The position numbers and the translations under genes are program-made. Shown here one piece after another: positions 57,856 to 64,000 of a stretch of DNA of 64,000 nucleotides (positions are counted from its first letter, which is position 1; every line of letters begins with the position of its first letter). The DNA is from an uncultured virus (IMG/VR IMGVR_UViG_3300017989_000061). Its lineage: Duplodnaviria > Heunggongvirae > Uroviricota > Caudoviricetes. Below the pieces are notes generated by a model. It saw only the letters and a list, made by a program, of their open reading frames with translations. It did not search any database and had not been told where the DNA came from. Location of the stretch: IMG/VR virus record IMGVR_UViG_3300017989_000061; one strand, 5' to 3'.

Positions 57856-58583
57856 AAAATTTTGTTATTGTTGCTGAATTGCGTTCGGGTTATCAGATGT
57901 TAGCGACATCTTTAAACTCTCATCCCGGTATTTTTTGTTTTGGAGAAATATTTGGTAGCGACAAAGCAATAAGAAAAAAGAGCTTATTCAATCAGCAAAT
58001 ACCTGTTTTGGAAGACAATGGTAACCCTGTCAATTACATAAAAAACGTTCTGTCTACATACGCAAAAAACAAAGGCTTGAGAGCGGTTGGGTTTAAGTTG
58101 AATTACGTTTGTGCGAGAAAACCCGATTGGCGTTGTTTATGGGATCACGTGCGTGAAGAACAATGGAGTGTAATTCATCTCACACGTAATAATTTGTTAA
58201 ACAGAATGACATCACAACTGTTAGCTGATCAGGAGAACAATTGGAGTTTTCAAGAATACAAAACAACTGTTGAAATTACTCCAGAGCATTTTTTGTTTGC
58301 GTGGAATCGCAGCAGAGAATGGCAACAAAACTTACGTGAAGAGATGAAGGGTGTGCCGATATTGGAAGTGACTTACGAAGACATGGATGAATCTCCACAA
58401 GGTATTTTCAATGAAGTTCAGTATTTTCTTGAAGTAAAACCCAAGGCTTTGAAGATACCAATGGTGAAACAGCAAACTAAAAGACAAAGCGAAGTGATCA
58501 GTAATTATCGTGAGTTGTATTCATATGTTATGGAAAATCGTCCAGATTTGGCACATTATTTTGAGGACACCTTGTTCATATGA
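57852..58583 (+). CDS. Stf0-like sulfotransferase
   Basis: RSGY..L...LNSHP.I.C.GEIF, GFKL, IHLTR.N.L...S, TYED. Confidence 0.8.
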   Translation: MKNFVIVAELRSGYQMLATSLNSHPGIFCFGEIFGSDKAIRKKSLFNQQIPVLEDNGNPVNYIKNVLSTYAKNKGLRAVGFKLNYVCARKPDWRCLWDHVREEQWSVIHLTRNNLLNRMTSQLLADQENNWSFQEYKTTVEITPEHFLFAWNRSREWQQNLREEMKGVPILEVTYEDMDESPQGIFNEVQYFLEVKPKALKIPMVKQQTKRQSEVISNYRELYSYVMENRPDLAHYFEDTLFI

Positions 58584-59695
58584 CCTTCAAAATAAACCCA
58601 GTACATCATGAAGATATTGTTGAGCATCAAGCTTTCTGTGGGTTGCCTTTTACGAAATGCATATTGAATGCAGATGGGAATGTTTCAACGTGTTGCTATC
58701 AATTGGAACAACTTGGTAGTTTGATAGACGATGAAATTTTAGACATTTGGAACAGCCCTCGTGCTCAGGCCATTCGTGAATCTACAATGAAAGGTGAATT
58801 GCATTCAATCTGCAAGAGTTGGAATGTTTGTCCTTTTCTTGTTAGAGAAAAGGAACCAGTGCCATTCAAAGCTTACAAGAAGTTTACTTATCCAACATAT
58901 CTTGAAATTTGTCTTCCCGATTCACATTGCAACATCGGTGGGTTGATTCCATCAGATGAAAAACCGGCTTGCATTATGTGCATCAGAAACCATCGAAAAC
59001 CTAAGCAAGAAGATTTAACTGGTTTTCTTTGTGATAAAGCAAGGCCGATTATGCCTTTTCTTAAGCACCTGTGTGTTTTGGGTATCGCTGAGCCATTTTG
59101 GAAAGATCAGGTTTTTCAGGTTTTTGAATGGTTGGAGTTTCCACGTTATCGTGATCAAATCAGGTTTGAAACTAACACTAATGCAACTCTGTTGATTCCA
59201 AAAATAAATGAACGATTCTTTGCAGAAGTTGGTTGGTCAGATATCAGTTTTTCAATTGATGCAGCGACACCAGATACTTTCATTAAGATACGTCGAATTG
59301 ATGCTTACAACAACATCATCAAAAATATCAAAAACTATATGGAACTTCGTGAAGAACATGGAGGCAAAGAGAGACATATCACTACAATTTGGAATAACAT
59401 CAATTTGTTGAATGTTTCCGAGATGACAGATATGGTGGAAACTGCCGCTGATTTGGGTGTGGACAAGATGGTGATGCTTCCAACACATGATCAGAATGGC
59501 AATGTTTCTCTTGGCGAGATTCTTTTGAACCATAAAAATGTGGAGATTTTCGAACGAAATGCAGATAAGGCGATGCAGAGAGCAATTGATTTGAATGTTC
59601 CTCTTACTTACCCAAAGCCATTCAATTGCGTTCCTCCTCCAGTGGAAAATGCCAGATCGCCAAATGAATTGGTTCAAATTTCTTTGAAGTCCTGA
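58580..59695 (+). CDS. Radical SAM protein (N-terminal SPASM-like domain, CX13CX2C); paralog of 56782
   Basis: CGLPF...DGNVSTCC, CNIGGLIPSDEKPACIMC, AEP, TNA, SIDAAT..TF..IR. Confidence 0.8.
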   Translation: MTFKINPVHHEDIVEHQAFCGLPFTKCILNADGNVSTCCYQLEQLGSLIDDEILDIWNSPRAQAIRESTMKGELHSICKSWNVCPFLVREKEPVPFKAYKKFTYPTYLEICLPDSHCNIGGLIPSDEKPACIMCIRNHRKPKQEDLTGFLCDKARPIMPFLKHLCVLGIAEPFWKDQVFQVFEWLEFPRYRDQIRFETNTNATLLIPKINERFFAEVGWSDISFSIDAATPDTFIKIRRIDAYNNIIKNIKNYMELREEHGGKERHITTIWNNINLLNVSEMTDMVETAADLGVDKMVMLPTHDQNGNVSLGEILLNHKNVEIFERNADKAMQRAIDLNVPLTYPKPFNCVPPPVENARSPNELVQISLKS

Positions 59696-59696
59696 C

Positions 59697-59725
59697 TTTA
59701 CAGCCAAATCTTTTTGCCGTACCAT
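59697..59725 (+). promoter_or_regulatory. Sigma70-like promoter (TTTACA-17-TACCAT), likely leaderless transcript
   Basis: TGCCG before the -10 box; ATG starts 7 nt downstream. Confidence 0.6.
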
Positions 59726-59731
59726 GCAAAC

Positions 59732-60331
59732 ATGAGTACAGAGTTTAACACACCACAAGATGCCATTTCCTTTGCAATTGATTTTATTGCCAAAGCGCAT
59801 GGTGGCGATTTCAGAAACGGTGAAGGCGATTTAAGGGTTCCGTATCTTATTCATCCGCTTGATGTGATGCGTGAGATTTTTCATTTCGGAATCAGAGATG
59901 CTCGGCACCTCAATATTTGGCTTACTGCTCTTAATCACGATGTCGATGAGGGTACAGATCAAGATCTATCAGTGATAGCTGATTTGCTTAATAGAGAAGT
60001 GGCTGATTACGTTGGTGAGCTTACTTTTCGAGATCGTCTTCCTGATGAATCGCCACAGGATTATCAGAAAGAAAAGTCAGAGCATCTTGCAGATTTTATC
60101 AACAAGAGTCTTGTTGCATTAGTTGTGAAGATTGCTGACAGACTTTGCAATGTCAGAGATTATTTGAATTCTGGCGATAAGCGTTATGCACGAAAGTATT
60201 TCTACAGAGCAAAGGGTCTGTTTGAAGCTTTTGAGGCAAGAAAAGACGAAATCATTGCTGAGTTTGGAAGACCTGTGTTTGAAAAAATCAGACAAAGAAT
60301 CGAAACGGTTCTGAAATCTGTTTCTTATTGA
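59732..60331 (+). CDS. HD-domain hydrolase, SpoT/Mesh1-like small alarmone hydrolase
   Basis: AH....R.....PYLIHP..V, ALNHDVDE, VKIADRLCN. Confidence 0.8.
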   Translation: MSTEFNTPQDAISFAIDFIAKAHGGDFRNGEGDLRVPYLIHPLDVMREIFHFGIRDARHLNIWLTALNHDVDEGTDQDLSVIADLLNREVADYVGELTFRDRLPDESPQDYQKEKSEHLADFINKSLVALVVKIADRLCNVRDYLNSGDKRYARKYFYRAKGLFEAFEARKDEIIAEFGRPVFEKIRQRIETVLKSVSY

Positions 60332-60384
60332 TCTTGATCTTCTAATCACAGTTAACTAAAATTTAAGTTTACACGGAGGTAAAC

Positions 60385-60663
60385 ATGAAGAAAACCATAG
60401 GATGGTTGTTGTTTATTTGTTTGCAGATAACTGCTGTTGCATGGACTGGCTGGAATTTACACCAGCAACTTGAACGTGAAGATTTCATTGAAGATTTCAT
60501 CACGGTTTCAAACAATCAATTTGGCACAGTAATGCAAACAGAGATGATTACTTGGCATCTTGCTGCTAAACATGAAGGGTTGTTTCCTGAGTGCGAAAGA
60601 TGCAAAGAAGAATACATGAGATTTCAAGCTGACATAAAGGATTATGTCGAAAACAATGACTAA
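60385..60663 (+). CDS. Small membrane-anchored protein
   Basis: GGAGG SD, N-terminal TM segment, H...H....ECERC. Confidence 0.7.
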   Translation: MKKTIGWLLFICLQITAVAWTGWNLHQQLEREDFIEDFITVSNNQFGTVMQTEMITWHLAAKHEGLFPECERCKEEYMRFQADIKDYVENND

Positions 60664-60672
60664 GGAGGTCAT

Positions 60673-60945
60673 ATGGTTAAATATATTATTTCAGTTATGC
60701 TCATTTTTGCATTGATTGGCATCAATGCTTATGGTCATTTTGAAATCAAAGCAAGACATGAAAAAATAGAGCCTGCTTTTATTGAAAATGAACTGCTTGT
60801 TTATTACATTAAGCACACTCATGTGCGAGTTCGACACTACATGCTTCCGCATACTAAAGTTGAAATGTATTGTCCTGAATGTGGTGATTTGCAAAAATTG
60901 GGCACAATGGATTTGAAAACAACAGAATCATTAGGAAGTGAATGA
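60673..60945 (+). CDS. Small membrane-anchored protein
   Basis: AAGGAGG SD, N-terminal TM segment, H...H.....CPEC. Confidence 0.7.
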   Translation: MVKYIISVMLIFALIGINAYGHFEIKARHEKIEPAFIENELLVYYIKHTHVRVRHYMLPHTKVEMYCPECGDLQKLGTMDLKTTESLGSE

Positions 60946-61268
60946 TGGAACTTTCTCAACGAGAACAATCAGTTATACAATCCGCAATTAAATACGCTGA
61001 AGCGGAACGAATGGAAGATCTCCAGAAAGCTCTGGAGACATATGATTCAGAAGATGAAATCAAAAGGCTTTTTGGCAAAAACACTTTCGGTTGTCACGAG
61101 GCAGTTGACAGAAGTTTTATGGTTGCAGAAAACTGGGAACATTATGTTCAAAATCACCCAGCAATTTTGATGGACCCGGAAATTTATCGTATGTCGAAAA
61201 TAGTATCATCTATGATGTATGAAGTTTACAATTCGATTTCAACAAAAGACATAGATATGCCTGATTAA
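60942..61268 (+). CDS. Hypothetical protein
   Basis: ATGA overlap with the previous gene. Confidence 0.7.
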   Translation: MMELSQREQSVIQSAIKYAEAERMEDLQKALETYDSEDEIKRLFGKNTFGCHEAVDRSFMVAENWEHYVQNHPAILMDPEIYRMSKIVSSMMYEVYNSISTKDIDMPD

Positions 61269-61313
61269 ATCAATGGTGGCGGGGGAATAAAAGCGTTCGT
61301 TTCTAAATAAGGA

Positions 61314-61982
61314 ATGAACGCTTTTTTTATAGACTTTTTCAAACGAAAGAAATGGAGCATATTGGCTACAATGCTTTTGTTTTTTGTGGTCTTAATAAAT
61401 TACGAACAGTTTGTTTTAGTTGATTATCCATCATCTCATCATATTGATTTTTCGCCGATTTTTAAACAACCTGATGGGATTACCTGTGGCCCAACTTCAT
61501 GTGCTATGTTGTTGCAATATTATGGCAAAGATGTCAGCATCGAAGATGCAGCAAAAAACGCCAAGACAGAGTGGTTTAAATATGGAGAAAAGTCTGTAGG
61601 AATGACTTCTCCAGACTTTGTTGAAAGAACAGTTAAGGATTTTGGTGTACCTGCCAAACTTCAAAGATCCAACATTGGCCACTTGAAATACTATGTCAGT
61701 CAAAATCGTCCAACTATTGTACTTGTGAGGAGTGGCTTGAACACATGGCATTATGTTGTGGTTGTTGGTTATGACGAGCAAAAAATCACATTGGCAGATC
61801 CCGGATATGGCAAAGAGAGAATAGTAGCCCTAGATATATTCATGAAAGCATGGTCTTTCACAGGTGATTTACGTGGCAATGAGTTTGGCTCGGATCACTG
61901 GAAGTGGGCACTCAAAATATCAGATGTTTTTGAGTTCACTTTGATAGCCCCAAGGAGAGCATATGATAAGAGACATAGTTAA
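61314..61982 (+). CDS. Peptidase C39-like cysteine protease
   Basis: Q.....CGPTS.AM.L.Y, HYVVVVG, LADP. Confidence 0.85.
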   Translation: MNAFFIDFFKRKKWSILATMLLFFVVLINYEQFVLVDYPSSHHIDFSPIFKQPDGITCGPTSCAMLLQYYGKDVSIEDAAKNAKTEWFKYGEKSVGMTSPDFVERTVKDFGVPAKLQRSNIGHLKYYVSQNRPTIVLVRSGLNTWHYVVVVGYDEQKITLADPGYGKERIVALDIFMKAWSFTGDLRGNEFGSDHWKWALKISDVFEFTLIAPRRAYDKRHS

Positions 61983-62074
61983 AGGCATGGTTCTCGTTGT
62001 ATGCTGTGCGGTGGCGAAAGATCTATATACATGGACCAAAAATAAAGTGGTTCAAAACAACAAGGAGAGTTAAT

Positions 62075-62362
62075 ATGTTTTATTTGATTTGGATTTTGGT
62101 GATTGGTTTCGTAGCGGGCCTGATTGGGAAAGCTATACATCCGGGGCCTGAGCCGGGTGGCTTAATTGCTACTCTGGTGATTGGGGTTGCAGGAAGTTTC
62201 ATAGGTGGTATGATTAACTGGTTGATTGCTGGTGGTTCATTTGGTCCAGCAGGATTGCTGTTTTCGATTATCGGTGCAGTGATCTTTTGTTTTGCATATC
62301 GCAAGTATAACTTGAGCAAATACATTCCACTGGAAGACGACAAAGACGAAACTGAAGAATGA
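62075..62362 (+). CDS. GlsB/YeaQ/YmgE (transglycosylase-associated) membrane protein
   Basis: WILVIGFVAGLIG..I.PG, GVAGSFIGG, SIIGAVI. Confidence 0.85.
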   Translation: MFYLIWILVIGFVAGLIGKAIHPGPEPGGLIATLVIGVAGSFIGGMINWLIAGGSFGPAGLLFSIIGAVIFCFAYRKYNLSKYIPLEDDKDETEE

Positions 62363-62372
62363 AAGACGACTA

Positions 62373-62648
62373 ATGGAATCTTTGATGACTGTTGCCAGAA
62401 ATATTCGTCACACAATGATTGAGACGAAAGAAGGCAAAAAGACTGTTCCAGAAATTGAAGCTGTGCTCACGACATTTGATAAAGCAATGGAATTTCATGG
62501 TGGAAGCATGGTGAATGTTGAACGCACGAATACAATTCGTTTTCAGATGACAACTGAGACAGCTAGAAATTTTGCTGAGAATTTACATTCTTGGGCAAAT
62601 GAGGCCGAAGAGCAATCCGAATCTTTGGTTATCGAGGAACAGGCATGA
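62373..62648 (+). CDS. Hypothetical protein
   Basis: Co-oriented ORF with ATGA overlap to the next gene. Confidence 0.65.
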   Translation: MESLMTVARNIRHTMIETKEGKKTVPEIEAVLTTFDKAMEFHGGSMVNVERTNTIRFQMTTETARNFAENLHSWANEAEEQSESLVIEEQA

Positions 62649-62914
62649 ATCTTTACATTTATCGCCCAAAATCTTTTGTGGCTCGTGCTGTTCGCAAATG
62701 CACGACATGTAGAAAGAAAAGGCGATTTTTGGTGAAAGTATATGGCTGGCACCCCTCCACATGGATTTGTGGAGGGTGTGGCTGGTCTTTTTGTGGAGGT
62801 CGGCAAAATGTGACACCCACTAAACGAGAAGAAAACAAAGAGTTCGTTCGCACTGAGTGGAAAAATGCAATGAACCACAAACAGGCGATTGAGGAAATTC
62901 TCTCTGTGACATGA
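62645..62914 (+). CDS. Zn-finger hypothetical protein
   Basis: CTTC...CGGCG. Confidence 0.6.
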   Translation: MNLYIYRPKSFVARAVRKCTTCRKKRRFLVKVYGWHPSTWICGGCGWSFCGGRQNVTPTKREENKEFVRTEWKNAMNHKQAIEEILSVT

Positions 62915-62924
62915 AAGGGAAGTC

Positions 62925-63518
62925 ATGACACGCATCAATGCTGGGGTTCATCCTTTTGAACTTCCAGATAAATTGCTTCTTGCAGAACATCGTGAAATTG
63001 TTCGTATTCCAAATGCTGTGCGTTCAGGACGTGCAGTCCTTGAAGGAAAAATTCCAAAGGATTTCACGCTTGGCACCGGACATGTACGGTTTTTTTACGA
63101 TAAAATTGGTTACTTGCTCACACGTTACTTAGAAATTTTTCTTGAATGTGAAGATCGTGATTTCAATGTAACATGGATGGGCGGTGCTTTTCGTGAAATT
63201 CCTGATAAACAAATGAACAATTGGTCACCAACCACAGAAGCTCGTCGTCTTATTATTGAACGTATTGAATCCAAGGGATTTTCATTAAGGCGATGTCAAG
63301 CTTGTCCTTTTAGAGATGGTGAAAACAAAGATGCGACAGTGGCTCAAAATTTAGGTTGTTTGCCATCTGCAAGAAATATGATCAAACTGTTCGATGAAGA
63401 AGGCGTTTCTTTATCTTGTCATAATGATGATGAAATGCCATGTAGAGGACTTTCTTCTGTAAGAAACACAAAGAACACAACAATCAAAGCATACACTGAT
63501 TGGTATCATAATGGCTAA
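62925..63518 (+). CDS. denV: Pyrimidine-dimer DNA glycosylase (T4 endonuclease V-like) with extra Cys-rich C-terminal domain
   Basis: MTRIN, LLAEHREIVRI, FTLGTGHVRFFYDK. Confidence 0.9.
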   Translation: MTRINAGVHPFELPDKLLLAEHREIVRIPNAVRSGRAVLEGKIPKDFTLGTGHVRFFYDKIGYLLTRYLEIFLECEDRDFNVTWMGGAFREIPDKQMNNWSPTTEARRLIIERIESKGFSLRRCQACPFRDGENKDATVAQNLGCLPSARNMIKLFDEEGVSLSCHNDDEMPCRGLSSVRNTKNTTIKAYTDWYHNG

Positions 63519-63891
63519 AAAAGAATCTTATGCTAAACGCATTGAAGATCGTTGGGAAAATGGAGTTGAACACAATGAAGAAGCAATGCACATTGCTTAT
63601 GCATTAGCCAGATATCTTGAGCCGTAATTCGATATCAAATTTGGTGGCGATGGTGATTTTGGTGAAGGCATTTGTTTTGCTTTGTCATTATGGATTGAAG
63701 ATGGCAAGCCTGATATGAGGCCGGATTGGGTGAACTACCCCGACCTCTTTAGGGTCGGGGTAGTTCACAAAAGAGGCAGCGATCTTCATCTGCGAATCAC
63801 TCATGAGGCTTCATGTGATGAAAAATGGAATGTGACGCTTCAGTTTGCTTTACAAGCCAACTTTTCGTTCGTAAAATGTTCTTGGATTTAA
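63511..63891 (+). pseudogene. Hypothetical gene with an in-frame TAA (63625) and a palindromic IS-end-like sequence
   Basis: MAKKESY...YLEP*FDIKFGGDGDFGE reads in one frame; true 3' end unclear. Confidence 0.55.
63730..63768. mobile_element. Near-perfect palindrome resembling two fused IS605 right ends
   Basis: GTGAACTACCCCGACC-TCTTTAG-GGTCGGGGTAGTTCAC; compare 32971-33001. Confidence 0.65.
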
Positions 63892-63913
63892 CTTCAAGTT
63901 TGTAGGAGATATC

Positions 63914-64000
63914 ATGGCAGTAGCAGCAAAGATGAAGCTTTGGCCACAGATACGTGATCTGGTCACATGGTGGATTTTCTACAATCTCGATTCGGAGTTT
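63914..64000 (+). CDS. Hypothetical protein, truncated by the window end
   Basis: AGGAG SD + ATG, open to the end of the window. Confidence 0.55.
   Translation, partial: MAVAAKMKLWPQIRDLVTWWIFYNLDSEF

Noticed and set aside
42127..61982. RiPP pathway linking the Cys-rich peptide, radical SAM/SPASM enzymes and C39 peptidase
   Set aside because: The genes are 14-19 kb apart with no RRE domain or transporter evident; insufficient support.
45..63132. Numerous short antisense or alternative-frame ORFs in the six-frame track
   Set aside because: They lie inside well-supported genes and show no motifs or SD; treated as shadow ORFs.
63610..63627. AGA TAT CTT GAG as another prfB-like shift site
   Set aside because: CTT is not followed by T or a stop, and there is no SD 3 nt upstream.
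1..64000. Stop-codon reassignment (code 15 or code 4) suggested by a phage release factor
   Set aside because: Recognisable genes are full length under code 11, and TAG, TGA and TAA each end genes that abut the next gene.

Overview
AT-rich, very gene-dense 64-kb segment, most consistent with a large (jumbo/'huge') dsDNA bacteriophage using the standard bacterial code. No rRNA, tRNA or CRISPR array was seen, and no capsid or terminase gene lies in the window. Content: (i) a ~45-kb glycan-modification region (about 20 glycosyltransferase-like genes, sulfotransferases, a sulfatase, SAM methyltransferases, a PIG-L deacetylase, an acyltransferase, a 2OG oxygenase, two atypical radical SAM enzymes); (ii) host-takeover genes (RF1-type release factor, CsrA, Smr protein, ClpX, site-2 protease, SpoT/Mesh1-type HD hydrolase, PRPP synthetase, K+ channel, ParB-like and histone-like proteins, DenV); (iii) three TnpB genes, one inside an IS605-type element. 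Main discoveries: (1) the release-factor gene appears to need TWO tandem prfB-type +1 frameshift cassettes, GGAGG-TAT-CTT-TAG and then GGAGG-CGT-CTT-TGA, i.e. a UAG sensor and a UGA sensor in series; (2) a five-hairpin GGA-loop RNA of CsrB/RsmZ architecture in a genome that also encodes CsrA; (3) a ~10.3-kb inversion (~12050-22335) whose reversal restores two genes in frame; (4) radical SAM enzymes with a CX13CX2C motif and an N-terminal SPASM-like domain; (5) shared terminal peptide motifs and two promoter classes. All calls come from motif reading by eye; no database search was run.
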